The notes: a model not told the origin generated them from the sequence alone. A DNA stretch of 64,000 nucleotides from Balanoglossus misakiensis (GCA_040954595.2 CM082578.2:14228304-14292303); one strand, 5' to 3'. Numbered from the stretch's first letter, positions 38,970-61,100 are shown. Numbers and translations are program-made.

Positions 38970-41399
38970 TTATGCCGCACCGCGTACAACAATCACAACT
39001 AAATGATCCTCCTTCGATGGTTCTTGTCCCAGGCTTGGTGCGACCCGCAACAGGTATTTATGAGAGAATTCACAAGGTGGAAAAGCATGCAGAACACCAA
39101 CTTCACGTTCCTTTGGTTTACTTGATGCTCCTACAGGCAAACTGATCACACCCGCAGCTTGTTTCTGTTGCAGATAGGAGACCAAGTTCCGCAGAGGTCG
39201 CATCTGTGTTTGATTCGGTTCCTCCACATTTTGTTGGGATTCGGGCAAAGCAAGCAGAAGACAATATCCCGAGCTACCAGCAGACGAAATGCGGCGAGTC
39301 ACTTCCTCCAGCTTGGGCTGATCCAAGCGCAGGCGCTGAGTAATTCGTAAGACATGCGACTCACTGGAAGCAGAATCACTCAACAGTGTATCAACAACAG
39401 TCGGATCACCACCAATCAAATGCATTCGAGTTGCAAACGCACTATTTTTCAACACCACAGATCCATGCCAAGCAACCGGAAAACAATCTCCAAGATCAGT
39501 CAAGGTGTCAACTTCCTCAACCCTATCTCTATCCCGAATCTTTTTGTCGTGTTTGCCGCGATGTTTGGATTTGTCGTTGATTTTGGAATCCTCTTCGTAC
39601 TTGTCAAGTCTGTCTTTGTCAGACTTGGCGTACTGATCACTACTGTTTGAGCGGCGACGCTTCAGCCGTGGCTCCCTTGGTGATATTTCGTGTTTGTTGG
39701 GGGGAGTTCTGGGAGGTGACACAAGCCGGGAATCCGATCGGTATTTGTCTGGTGGTGAATAGTCACGATCGTGGATTGGTTCAACAGAACGCCTTTTGCG
39801 CACATCCCTAGTCCTTGATGGCGATGCACTTCTGCCTCTTGGTGGCGTTCCACGTTTTCGACGGTCGCTACTTCCCATGTCACGAGTCCTTGGAGGAACA
39901 TCATTTATGCGACGTCTGTCCCAGTCTGGCTCACCATGTCGGTTCATACCACCATGGTTGCGTTCCACAGGCCATTCGTCCCTGCGTGGTGGCGGCGGCG
40001 GTGGTGGCAGTGAATAACCGCCGGGATTTGCGTTCGCCCATAGGTCCATCTCCCCATCTCTGTAATGCGGTGGCGGGGTAAGTCCCCTCTCTGGGTTTCG
40101 GCGATAATGCTCAGTCAGCATGGCATCATGGTGTTGTCTGTGCGGCGAATATTGAGGTACAGGATATGCTTTCACCGTAGACTCTGGGTCAGCGAAATCG
40201 ACACGCAATCGTCTGTCTGCTCCTCCCAGTGGAAATCCTCTCATTTGTGAACAAGCAGCTTGAGCTGCATCAAGGGAATCATACAACACATACGCATGAT
40301 TATCACCCTTGATGTAGTCAATTTTCCGAATGGCACCAAAACGGTCAAACTCACGTTCAAGAACAGCAAGTGACGTCCAGGGACCCAAACCTCCTACCCA
40401 CAATCGAGTTGTTGGAACAGGTTTTCCATAGCCAATTTTACAAATATTCCTACCAATATATTGCCCTGACATTGCAACTTTGGCTTTGTGAGCCATATCA
40501 AGATTCATGAATTTCACAAAAGCATATGCATTACCCTGACCTCTCATGGGTCGTTTCACATCAACATCTTCCACGATACCAAAACGGTCAAACATCCGTC
40601 GCAGATCTGACTCAAGAACATTTGCTTCAAGGTTTCCAACAAACAGCGTACGTGTAGCTCTTTGGTCATCTTCTGGCAGCATGTGTTGTTCACGTGGAGT
40701 GTAGTATTCAGTGGCATTGGCATATGTTGTACGTCTGTTGTCGTATGCTTGGTACGTACGATCACGTGGTGTCATCTCGCGAGTCAAACTCCCATGTCTG
40801 ACAGCCCTCCTTGAAGATGCAGCAGTGTGTGTCGAGTAATTAGATTCTGGACTTAAACTCCTTTGTTTCAATCTACCATGGTCTTGTGGTAAATAAACTG
40901 GCGTTATATCCACAGTGCGATCGAACAACACAAGCCTCCCTGTTTTGGCACGTCTTGCTTCACGCGCATCATCTGTGACCCTAAAACTCACATAAGCCAC
41001 CCTCTCATCCCCGGCTGTGTAAGTCAAACGCACGTTTACATCGCCAAATTTTTTGAATTCGTGATACAACGCGTCTTTGATTGCCATGTCGGATACATGC
41101 GAGCTAAAATTCGACACTTTGAGTGTCCTATACTCTTGTTTGTTGGTTGCTGCTCGTTCAGGGTATCCGCTGTCGCGATCGCGGTCAAATCCGTCCCTAT
41201 CGTTTCGAAACCTCGAATCACGTTTTTCTCTCTTTTCCAATTTTCCATGGTCAGCACGACTGAATTTGCCCCTACCTTCACGCCTCTCGCGGTCGCTCTC
41301 AGGGGTGATGCGATCTCTTGCACTCCTTTCATGCATGTCTGACGTCCCTTTAGATCTCTTTGATTTTGAATTTGAGTTCCTATCTTGCTGACGTTTCAT
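38970..41399 (-). CDS. RBM15: RNA-binding protein 15 / spenito (3 RRMs + SPOC; m6A writer-complex adaptor), uninterrupted ORF, 809 aa
   Basis: RRM1 (YRTLKVSNF...ERVAYVSF), RRM2 (PEDDQRATRTLFVGNL...YAFVKFMNLDMAHKAKVAMSG), RRM3 (PTTRLWVGGLGPWTSLAVLEREFDRFGAI...RLRVDFA) and SPOC (AWHGSVVLKNSAF...LRITQRLRLDQPKL...LRNLVSYLQQKQAAGVISLP...LHAFPPCEFS). The first in-frame ATG is at 41399 (MKRQQDR); the ORF-track start at 41456 is a GTG. Confidence 0.96.
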   Translation of the reverse strand: MKRQQDRNSNSKSKRSKGTSDMHERSARDRITPESDRERREGRGKFSRADHGKLEKREKRDSRFRNDRDGFDRDRDSGYPERAATNKQEYRTLKVSNFSSHVSDMAIKDALYHEFKKFGDVNVRLTYTAGDERVAYVSFRVTDDAREARRAKTGRLVLFDRTVDITPVYLPQDHGRLKQRSLSPESNYSTHTAASSRRAVRHGSLTREMTPRDRTYQAYDNRRTTYANATEYYTPREQHMLPEDDQRATRTLFVGNLEANVLESDLRRMFDRFGIVEDVDVKRPMRGQGNAYAFVKFMNLDMAHKAKVAMSGQYIGRNICKIGYGKPVPTTRLWVGGLGPWTSLAVLEREFDRFGAIRKIDYIKGDNHAYVLYDSLDAAQAACSQMRGFPLGGADRRLRVDFADPESTVKAYPVPQYSPHRQHHDAMLTEHYRRNPERGLTPPPHYRDGEMDLWANANPGGYSLPPPPPPPRRDEWPVERNHGGMNRHGEPDWDRRRINDVPPRTRDMGSSDRRKRGTPPRGRSASPSRTRDVRKRRSVEPIHDRDYSPPDKYRSDSRLVSPPRTPPNKHEISPREPRLKRRRSNSSDQYAKSDKDRLDKYEEDSKINDKSKHRGKHDKKIRDRDRVEEVDTLTDLGDCFPVAWHGSVVLKNSAFATRMHLIGGDPTVVDTLLSDSASSESHVLRITQRLRLDQPKLEEVTRRISSAGSSGYCLLLALPESQQNVEEPNQTQMRPLRNLVSYLQQKQAAGVISLPVGASSKPKEREVGVLHAFPPCEFSHKYLLRVAPSLGQEPSKEDHLVVIVVRGAA

Positions 41400-49123
<7,724 letters not shown>

Positions 49124-52100
49124 GAAAAGAAGGCTGTGTGAAGAAAAAAATATATATAGTTAGAAACTGTTATACAATATGACGTTTATGTCAACTTGCT
49201 TGGAAAGTATACGAGTTTTGGAAGCAATGTCACATGTGGTGGTCCCCATGAAGGACAAGTTTCTGAAGTGACAGAATCATTCTGGAAATTGGGAATCCAT
49301 GCACAGCATTGCACGTGTCCTTAGATATCATGTATAGTATATTGCAGCCATAACAAGGCTGTTGTAACTCTCATTTCAATGAATATCTTGATTAATTGAC
49401 ATGAACATTTTTTTCTTTTGGGTTGAGATATTGTCAGAACAAAGTGACCCTTTGCATGTATGGCATGATTTGTCAATAGGTCAAGAAATACGGACAGTGA
49501 ACTCTGATTTTATTAGCTGTCATTATAATAACGAGAGTTTTTGTCAGTTGTGAACTTGTAAAAATCAATCAAGATTGTTAGACAGGTTATAGCTTGACTG
49601 TCCTTGATTTTACTACTGAGCTGAGTTTGAGATGCTCAGGCATTGAAGAATAAGAAGAATCATTGCTACAAAATTACTAATATAGAGGGTGTTATGATCA
49701 GAACAAACAATTGTCAGATATTTTCCATGATGTGCCCTATCAATGCATATAATTGTAATACCAGTACCTATCAACATGTTTTGTCTAAATTGACAATGGA
49801 ATTTATAATCTGAAGAAATGGGGAAAAATTATAGCAATAGCATTGAATTAAAGTGACTTAAACAAAACAAAAATCGTTGATATATCTGTGATTCAGGTTT
49901 CTAGATTCTGCTGAAAATGGATTCACATGTAAATACGGAACTATTGTGTTGCATTGTAAGGATGTTTCTTTTCAGAGTTCATATTATTTTTTTATTCTTT
50001 TATCACATTTTTAGAGACACTTGACTGAGAAGTCAATTCTGATATTATTAGAACTTTTTTTTGCGTTTTTCAAATATTTTTTCTTTCAAATGCTGATAAT
50101 TAGGGGTGTTATCTATTAAATGTACATCTTTTCTATCATCTGAATGTAACTGTAAACTTGGAGAGAGAGAGGAAACCATTTTGATTTTACAGGAAAAGTA
50201 ATAAATAGTGTTCTAGTGTATTCAAGACCTAGTCTGTTGCAAGTTGTGAATGCATTGTGTGTTAGGGTGACTGATACTTGAAAATCTCCATGAGCGCCCT
50301 CTCGAGTTAAACATTGGCATTCCTCAGGATTCACGTTTTATAACATTTTTACAGCCAGAATCTTGCATGTCTGAGAAAACTTTATTGGTTTTACAGAACT
50401 GAGCTTTGACAAATATTTACTCAGTGTAAAGGTATATGTACAAATATCACATTGGGAAAAAAGATAATTCACAAAGTCAAAGAGGTCATGTTGCAGCTTC
50501 ATCAGAATTAGCCATTAAAACCATGAAGTTTGGGTAATCATTATTCACAAATAAATACAAACCCATGTGTATTTGATACCGAGCAGAAGACAGTCATTTT
50601 CCCACTAACGGGATGAACTCATCAGAGTATACTTGGATGTAGTTTCTACTATGATCTCTCCATATTAGAGTGAGTCTAGGCAAAGCTGAGGAACAAATAT
50701 TTTTCATTCTCAAGTGGTTCTTTTATAAACAGCTTATGTACAAAATTATTTGTTCCAAAAAACACAAAACAGTACATGTTCATCCTTGTTGAGTTTTTGG
50801 CACCAAATCATGCCAGTATTATGATGCCAAACACACTAGTCTTCTGTTTCCAGCCAGCATTCATCCAATGCTTACTGCCAGTTCATCTCCAAACATTTAC
50901 ACTCCTTCTCACTCGTCCCCAAATGGTCCGTCCATTCAGATCTTTCAAATATCCCTGGATCTTCCACTCTGTTAAGTTTTACTTTATAAACATGATGTAC
51001 AGAGCCATGAAGACACAGCTTGATGCCACTGCCAGATGTAACCGTGTACCAATAACTGCAGCTGTAAAAAAACGAGTAAACATCTTCAGTTAGAAAACAG
51101 CACTTCAGTATTGATACTATCACTGCCTCCATTTATACATAAATGGAACATTTTCAACATAAGATCACAAGACACCAACAGCAAAATACAGCTTGAAATA
51201 GTTTCGAAACACTTGGGGAGCCAGGGAAATGCTGTCATCACTACAATGTACACAGGCCTGCACCTATGATTCAGGCAAACCAAAATCACACATCACCTTA
51301 CCTTTATAAAATACACCCAAGAATCCTTTTTTCTCAGATAAAAACCATTGCTTCAGTCTTGGTACTCTTTTCATATATGCACATGTACAAACAACTAATA
51401 GACCAACGATTATCAGGCCGTCAAATGAATAAACTGCAGTAAAAAGGTAAGAATGAAAAGCAACATGTCAGGCACTGGTACATCAGTTCGTTTCTCGATT
51501 GTCAATACAATACATGTACTTTCAAGTGATGTAGTAAAGGGTAGCTCCATGGTGAAACACATTGGTGTTATGACAACCTTTCAAAAGGATTTCACTGATG
51601 TCAACTCAGCCCGTCAACTTTGATCAGATACATGCACAACCTCTCATATGTACTGACTCAACTGAGATGTACGTTTCTACATGAAACAAACTTGTCTTCA
51701 GGAAGCTTCAAGTTGAATAAACTCTTTCAAATTGATTTTAAAACAAGACCTACCATTAGTCATGTTGAGCAGGGCAGACACGCAATCGCTATCTATACAT
51801 AAGGATTTTTTAACCGATGAACGTCGCGTTAATAGTTTAAAATCAACTATTTCAACGACACAAAATTGTGACCGTGTATGTTTACGTGGAACCGGAAGTA
51901 AATGTGGCAGCGGTGTTTTTCGGACTTCTGGGATAGGGTCGCAATATTTAAATTAGGGAGAGGTCACCTTATGTGTCAGGTGACCTGTGCGATTTGTTTT
52001 CATGAGCTATATCAGTCTCAGGCAGGCAACGCAGCTGTGGTGTGTAGCAAGCGTATGATTTCCGCCTTCTTTGCAGGATAAGAGTCCTATTTCTTGCTCG

Positions 52101-52182
52101 TAACTTCTCTTTGCACACAGGCAAATCACCCTTACATGTTGTTCCTCTGTCGAAGCCTAGCTGAGAAGCGGACGAACGTTGG

Positions 52183-55100
52183 ATGATGGATGTATTTGTG
52201 GCGAAATACGACTACGAGAAAGAGAGGGACGATGTACTTAGTTTCAAGAAAGGTGACAAGTTTGAAATCACGCACAAACCCGATGATAAATGGTGGGCCG
52301 CAAAAAGAATCGGCGATGGATCCCGTGGATATGTACCAGCACTTTATTTAGAGGTACTCACAGTATTATTCATGCATATAGAATATATCGTGTCTGTTAA
52401 CGTTACGCCGAAATAAGGCAGTTTTTCACGGTGGTGTGTGAACGCGTAATACAGTACATACACTGACCTCCTCACTCAATATTCAATGACCACCCGGCCA
52501 AACAATGTAGTAGGTACACCCTTTCTTATCCGATCACGACATTAAAAATCGCATTGTACTGCACTTCTTTGCAGCCTTCGAGAGACAGAGTCATTGGCAA
52601 GCTTATACCTGAAGAAATAAGAAAATCGGTAGGTCAAGAATCCACCTAAACACTCGTTGATATGCTATATAACATTTGCTGCGGGTCCTCCCACATTTGG
52701 GACTGTTCATGGCTACGCCTCGAGCCTACATCTACTGTATGCTCGACTTTATTTGGGAATATACAGTTTATGCTACGGACCCGCAGCAAGTGACAATACT
52801 ATAGTTATCATTTTTGGTGTAATACCTAATGTATTAGTTCACAGACCCTGTCTCACTCCAGGGTCTATGGATTAGTATTGAAATGTATAAATAGATATTT
52901 ATAGTGGTGCAAATATGATTGTACTGACATAATGTGTGGGGCAGGTGCTAGTTAATTTGTTTGGTGTTATCATATTGTTTATTAATTAGATGACACACAA
53001 AACCAGTAGCAATTCTTTGCGAGTTCCCTTGTGTTGTATTAAAGAAAGTATTTGCTTGCACTATACAGTATACGGCAGGAGTTTGTTTGGAATACAAATT
53101 ATATTTGAATATATGACTTAATAATGTGTAAGTTTGACTTTCACATTTGAAATATAGCATGGATAATATTTACGAGTAATTATATAAAAAAGACAACCTC
53201 ATTCTGAATAAAAAGATAGTCAAAATTGAAAGAGACGTATCATGCAGAATTATAAATTTGGTGCAGGTGTTACATTTTTGTCGTCAGTCTCTTGTAAGAG
53301 GAAGCGCGTGAATGTTTTATGGCAAGGAAACATTGCAGTACAATGCATACAGTCAGTCTCTTTGCACATCCATATGTCAGTCATTCCAACTGAAGACAAC
53401 TGCAGTTTATAGAGAAATTTTAATGGTTCTTTGTAAATGTTAATAATATTTCCCACAGACCACATTCAATACACTACACAGTTAATTGTTTATCATCTGT
53501 TGCATTGTTTGTCAGCGTACTGTTAGATAATTTCTGAGTCGTTGAATTAGCATTGGTATGCTGACTTATGCTGGTTTCATCTGCATATGTTACACAAGAT
53601 AAAATATACCACATTTCACACAATGGACTGTATTATTTAATTATTAATGCAGATGTGATATGATGTTTCAAAAATTATAATTTGGAAATGAATGTGCACA
53701 AATTTATCCAAAAATCTCCTTTTTATTCAGGGCATCAGAGATTCCTGGATAAATGTGTGCTTATTCTCTTTATACAGTGACGTGATATTGATCTGCTACA
53801 GTCAAATATTCAATTCACATTTCTGTGTATTATTTATTTTACCTAAATAGAAGAAAACATTCTTGATTATGTGCAGCATGATAAATTGGTGTAAAATGTA
53901 CATTGTAACTTGATCTGGCCTTTAGAAATGGTGTTTTGTTATTCATGATTATGTTGCAGTTACCTGTAATGGCATCTTTAAAGAGAAATTTGGCATAGAT
54001 AGACGTGGAAAAGAGATTAAGAATGAATAATGGATGGCATTCTCCAATCTGTGAGCAGTATAATTTTAGAATGCATAGGAAATAATCTGTGATATATGAA
54101 AATATACAGTTGAAGGGGAAATATTACACTCCTATTGTGATGATAACATGTCTGTCATTTTTGGCTTTGTGAAACCAGAATGTTCCTGGGTATGAAAATT
54201 GTATTACTGGGAATTTTAATTTTATGAGACTTATGATGCAGTAAGAGAAATCACAGCTGCATGCCCACTGCATGTTTTGATATTCATTTTGTAAAGTTTA
54301 ATCTTCTGTAATCGAAGTCACAAAAAGCAAATCCTTGTACCTCAGGTCTTGGAGATAAACTCTCCATTTCAGAATGGCTACTGTGCACGCATAAACTGAA
54401 TGCTGAACATTTCACATAATGCCCCCATAGTGAATTTCTCAGCAGGTAAACCTGTGTGTGGGTTCATTCTATTATATCGGTATTGGATTGTACAAATTAC
54501 TCATCAAAGTACATGTATCATTCTTTTTCGCCTAGTGACAGGAAGCCGTGAAAAGAATTTGCTGTGCCTTTCACAGGCGGTACTAGAACATAAAGACGTT
54601 CTTGTTGGTAGGGAACTGTGACCTGTCAATCATACTTCAGCCCAGTCAGTCACATGACGAGTGAAGTGAACACTCCAACGGTTACTCAATGGGTTCAGAA
54701 TGCAAACCAGTCTTGTGCAGTTTCAGAATTCAAATCGACTAGATCTGTTGGTATTTCTGTCACGTGGAATGAGGATCGCATGCATCAAAGTGGAGACAAC
54801 CGCCCACACCTTCTGGATGGCCAACTTCCCTTCAGCTAAAGTCAAGTAGTAGTTGTTGGCTAAGTGTTGTTTTTTTTCCACATTTATGAGACAAGAGTTT
54901 CAGAACTGTATTATCACATAACTGAATATATTTTGGGGAAAATGAACCCCTTTTCACTTGGGAAGTATTAAAACAATTGATGGGCACAGGCCGTACATGT
55001 TCCTGGCTGGCTTTGTTAGTCACAGTGGTGTTGGTGTTGACAAGAAATTCATGGCTCATGTGTCCTGCCTGGTCCTGCCATGTGACTGTTTTGCTGTTAT

Positions 55101-58100
55101 GCAATCAGCCGTGTCTAAGTCTGGTCAATAACCTTGTATGTGGAGAGATACATTATGTTTGCCAGAATGAATATTATCACTACATGCGCTGAACAGATAA
55201 GGATCAATATAAATGTAATGGTGGCTATCCTGGGTGTACACAACAGTTACTTGTAAAACAAAGTAAACAGAACCAGTTTTGTGCAAAACATGGGTAAACA
55301 AGTTTGACACAGCGCTATGTTATAGTGTACCAAACAAAACAAAGCCGTGCATCACTAGGGCGTTGCAACTGATAAGTCACTATTCACATGTTTCATTTGG
55401 AGGTACATTGTGTTGTGTAAAAACCCAGCCATTCTGTAAAATGGTTATATACAACGCTGACAATCTGTGGGAAATTGAACTTGGTCTACAGCAAATGATA
55501 GGGCACACCCTAGCACGAGAATGGCTTTGAACATGGTATTTCTTTGATGTACTTTTGTGGCTTCTTTGTGTTAACTGGACAAATGCCTGTGGTCAAGCCA
55601 TGCATGTCTATGCAACTCTGTGTCTGCATGTACCATTGAAGGTTTGGCCCTGAGTGGGAGAATAAGACATGCTTGATTGAGATCATGGGACAGGGTCTGG
55701 AGAAGTAGTGTCATAACTTTTAACGACATCACAACTGCATAGAATAGAACCAGTAGAAGTTAAAATCACAGCAAACAAGACAAAAAACAACTAGTAGAAT
55801 TTGCCTTGTGGCAGTTGAAATTCCCCCATGGTCACAGACATGCCAGTGGGCCAAAATGGGCAAGAGGTGTACAATGGCAGGTTCATACAGGTTTCAACAA
55901 ATATTGGGTACCCAGAGTGAGTGACTGAGGTAAATATCAAATATAACAGCATAAACCTGGCTGGTGCAAAAGTATGTTGGTATGTTTTACTATTAAAACT
56001 GAAATTATAAAACAAAAACTGTGGTTTAACAACCAAACTGATCTCCTGATAACATATTAAACTTTTGAGTGATCACTATAGAGAGAAATGAAACTGACAT
56101 TAATGTGTGATTTCCCCAGCAAAGAAAAAGTAGGTTAACTTCCCAATTTTTGTAAAGCTCAAAAATTCCCACCACACCCTTACCCATAGAAATGTGGTTG
56201 TTATGGAACTTGTTCATATTAATATAGAAAGAAGGCTTCGTTGTGAAGTGTAGTGTTCAGTGGGTTAGTCCTGGATAATTTATCAGACGAAGACTCGATA
56301 TAACTGTTGAAAGATGCATTGTAATTTAGTTGTCTCTTAGGTAATACAGGTAGTGTGTAAACGCATGCCAAGTAGGTAACAACCATGTGGTTTGAATAGT
56401 GTCATAACACAAAAAGACCAGATCCCACATATCACAGTTACTTGCTAAGTTGCATAACTTCTGGAGTTCTCTGCTGGAAAGTTAAACTACCATTGCCGTA
56501 GTTTGTTGCTGGTTACCTTTGTGATCAGATCTCTGCCACAGGGTGGCTGAAATATACGGGTAGCCAGGTGTCTTTGAACTCAAACCCGACAAGTGCAAGT
56601 CAAACATGACCTTGCAACTGACTTCTACTGTTGTCGGTGTTTAACCACTGAAAGGTTTACTGTTATTCAGTGTTGAAAAAAATGATGGTAGTTTAAGCGG
56701 TTGTACTAACAAGAGTTATTGTATCTGCAAGACACTAGACATTTCTGTATTCAGTCGCTTTGAGGACAATACACTCATTCAAACTGTTGACCCAGAATTT
56801 TAAGGGGGTAGAGTTGAGAAAGAGAAGAAAGAGGTCATGGTAAACATAGACAAACAAATACAGGGGTGTGTTGATGTTAACATAATAGAATTTTTATACA
56901 TGTATCTGCGAAAAACACAGGTCACCCCATGTGTTACATGACCTTATAGTTACCATGAAATGCTCCTTATAAAGCCAGAAAATCCTCAGTTGCTCTTACA
57001 GCTAGCATGTAATTACAGCAGATCTGATAGGCCTGAATAAAATTATTGGATAAGATAATTGGAGCAGTTTCCTCTGTAAGGACAAAACAACCAGAATATT
57101 GGAAAATAATCAGTACCAGATACATGTATGTTATCATGAATGGTATCTGTTGTTCAGCCGTGGGTGTGAACTGTGACTTCTCATCATCATTTGTTATTCA
57201 TGAATGTCTGTGGAGTTTGTGTGTGGAATACATTTTGTATAGGACAAGGTCTACCAGCCTAATCACAGCAAACTTTTATCTCATTATTGTTATCATGTGT
57301 TGCATGTATAGTCATGTTGTCTTAGTTTGTATGAATCACCATGATCTTATCTATATGTCAGGGATAGTTCCTGTTACTTTTGAAAATGTGTTTAATATTA
57401 TTTCTTCTGTTTATCAACTGCAGTTTCATGTTCTGCAGTCTAAAAGTATGTTCAGTCTCCTAGTATACAGCTTGTCTGGATAGCACATGATTCAATTGTT
57501 ATTATTGACAACTGCATGCATGTCTGATCATGCTGATTGACTTGAAATACACGAGTTGCCAATAACTGTATGTTACACCTAATACATGTACTAGACAAGC
57601 CTGATACTGCGTAGACGTCAACAACTACCTGTTGATATATAAAAGAAAACATCAAAAGTCACAACTATTTTTCCTTGATAGAAATACATAAACAGTGAAT
57701 GTTTGTGTTTATTGCCTGTAGTAATGACATTGTCTTCTAGTCTTAATTGTTGCATGTCTTGTCTTTCTGTTTCTCCTCCCCCCGCACCAACCCAAAGTCA
57801 TCACCTCGACTCAGTCCAAAGTTTCCACCACCTGCCCTGTCACCTAAACCACCACGTCACATGATCAAAATACCACCACCCACGTCTCCGAAACCGATAT
57901 CTGCATCATCCTCATCCCACGACTTCAAGCCTCCTGGATCACCAGGCATCTTCATCCGACACTCCAGTAGTTCTCCGTCTTCATCATCTCCGGGTTTATC
58001 CACGAGTCCCAATCCGTGGCTGAACTCCCCTCTCCATTCGCCTAAACTGTCTTCCTCTCCACGTCTTGGCAACTTCCCTAAATGTCCTCTGTCTCCAAAA

Positions 58101-61100
58101 CTCTCCTCTTCCCCCAAACTGTCGTCTTCACCGAAATTCCTTCCGTCGTCATCCTCGCCGAGACTGAGCGGGAACCGAAAGATCATCATCACATCATCCT
58201 CATCTCCAAAAAGTTCCGCCTCTTTCAGTCAGTCTCTGACTTCATCATCTGTCGACTCCTCACCCTTCTCACCCCCCGTCTCAACCTTGACCCCCAGACA
58301 CACAGCACAGGAGTTTACCTACGAGGTAGGTTCTATAGCGACAACCCTCTCATTCCAGAATATTCATAAACCATTTCTAGACTCACCCATCCATCCCACA
58401 CCTTATCAGCTACATGTACTTAACTACATGTTTCAGCCGCTTCCCTGCATCTTGATATCCACCCAAATCCATTTCACTGTCTGTGGGTATTGGTGTGGTG
58501 TAAATCTAAGCTCAGGAAGCACTCATCTGCAGCTTAATACACAAATGCTGCCACCGCAGCGGAATGTCATTACAGTGACTTATAAATAACTGCATATGGA
58601 CATATTTCTAACCCAGGCTTTTTCCATCACAGCTGACTGGTTTTTCTGTGCTGTTTACACTCAGATAATTGCAAGAACGATAGCATCATGGCAGGAGAGC
58701 CCATTATAATCAATCTTAGGTTTTCTCTAATGTACACGTATACATTGTAATTACCAGTTTGTGTCTTGAAGTTGTGATCTGATACAAATGATAGCTAGCC
58801 ATATAATAAGTGTGTCACCCTTTGCAGAAAAAAAAAACATTTAAATTAACCCTGGCTAACCAGAACTTGGCAACACCATAAAGCTGTCTGCTTTGCTATG
58901 CTTGGCAAGGCAACAATGAGAAATATTGCATCACTTCACTGGTCTTGGACAAAAAGTTTTTTTGCCATTACAGGTTCTGCTCTGGTGCAAACGCAAATGG
59001 ATGTTGAAAAATATCAGGCAATGCTCGTGTCAGAAATAGCAAATATGCTGCAAAGTAATAGCACTGAGAAAAAATGTGTGAAGCTTTGTATGTAGCATCA
59101 AAATTTATGGGTTGGATCTACCCTTGAAGAGCATTGAGAACTCAATGGGAAGTTATTCGCAAAATGCATGCCATATATTTCATGAATACAAATTTGGAAC
59201 TATACATAGAATGTGATATAGTTTGGTAGCTAATTTTTATGGGTGTAATAAATTGTGTAATTACATGTACATATAACTCATGGCAAACACACCTTAGAAA
59301 TTCTTTCAGCTGGTATAATTCAGTAAAATGTGTTTTTAATCAAATATGAAACCACTGGTGCCAAACATGACAGAGATTTTTATTGACACGTCATATAGAC
59401 TAGACATGTGCAGGCAGACCAGGATTCAGTGAGAATTGTCAGACTATACAAACATATTCCCTCCTGGCATGGAAATCTATCAGCCATGCATCATTAAAGG
59501 ACCAAGCTGCCCATCTGACTCCACAATTCTATCCATTGTCTGTCACAGGAAGAACACAGTATCCATCTCCAAGCCTTACTGGAATTGCAGAAGAAAGTCA
59601 AACCCATCCCAGGTATGTATCTTCTCATATCCAATAAATCAATGGAACTTAACTTTGTGTTTTGATAAAATACTTCCATGAACTCAATTCAAAATACATA
59701 GGAAGCATATGCTCATTATTTGAAGAGGTAAATTTCATTTTTATGGATGGATTAAATGCTAATTTCCCCAATTCCATTCAATATTCACAGAAGCAATCAA
59801 AATGAGGGATTAGAGTTGTCAGTTAATTGAGCAAATTAGCAATAAAAAGCCTTTGTCCACAGATCCCATGGTTCAAAGCCTTCCTGTTTTGTCAACTGAC
59901 CAGGAATTTCTGTGTGTAATTAAACCAAGCACCTGGCCTTTTCAGTCACATGGTAACGGATGATAGCAATTACCATATATGGAAAAAAGATGAATCCTAA
60001 ACGCTGAATAACGCACATGTGTCAGCTGACTTGGTTTAATTGTATTCGACCCCAGTTGTTGTTGATTACTGCATTTTATAATTTGCACTGGTGTGGAAGT
60101 GTGCTGCGTTTGTTCTGTGTCAGAATCAGGATGTACACTTCGGGGAAATTGCCAAAGTGTAGGTATCATCACCCTTTTATTGAACACACGGCTATCATTC
60201 AGAAGTATGTGTTATTTTCACAGGTTTGGATGAGACCACAGCAATAGTGGTTTACTGATACACGCTGCACAGACAGAAAGGTTGCGTGACCCACACCACA
60301 ATTTCCTTTCCAGCTCCCAGGACACTCGCTGACATTTAAGATCAGACCATCAATTAATATTGTTCACTGTGCCACCGTGGGCCTTGTGGTCGAATTAATG
60401 GTGAACCTGTTTTTGATTCTGCAGTGGGAATTGCCAGCACGCACAATGGTTGAAGGACAGCGGTCATATTTACATGCGATGTTTCATCCCCGTTCTGCTA
60501 CAAATGGGGATGGTGTAAAAATAGATTACATACATGCACACACAAGCCTAGTCGTGGGATGTGTGCATGTTTTGTTCGGATGTTCTTATACCATGTATAC
60601 ATGTACTATGGAAAAACAATTGCCACTTTATTCAGAGCATTTTTGTTTCAAAGCCGTGAAATAAGTAAATGTATGCAAGGAATTTTTGCAGACATAAAAT
60701 TAATAAAAGCAAATATACAATCATGTACACATATGCTGGCATATGCTTTTGTTCAGTAGAACGGTCACCATCCATAGATTGAATTGTTAGTGAAATTACA
60801 GCAGAAATGCCTTTGTTGAATGAGTCTGCGATTAGAGTCCAACACTGATACCTGGTGACTCCTACACTTTGTGTTAGATATCCACTCTTCCTGCAGTTCT
60901 CATCATTTCAGTGTCCAAAAGTACATAAAAACATTGCACTCCATAGTTATCACGTCATCACTCACTTCTGCATTTTGTTTCAGCTTCATGCAGCTAGTCA
61001 TTTTTTTCATTTTCAACATTTTTTTGTGTTTTTTGCCATATTTTTTTCCACTGTAGACGATGTGGTTCAGAAAGCTTTAGATGCTGCCGACAAAAAAAGG

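Noticed and set aside
39159-41391. Several antisense and alternative-frame ORFs within RBM15
   Set aside because: Short, with no recognisable motifs; expected by-products of a long GC-richer CDS.
52183-52353. Assigning the SH3 gene as DOCK3, NCKIPSD, ARHGAP12 or a Src-family kinase
   Set aside because: The SH3 alone is ambiguous and no diagnostic downstream domain (SH2, kinase, WW, DHR) is visible in the window.
57857-58192. Minus-strand ORF with GEDDSL repeats
   Set aside because: It is the antisense reading of the Ser/Pro-rich plus-strand exon.
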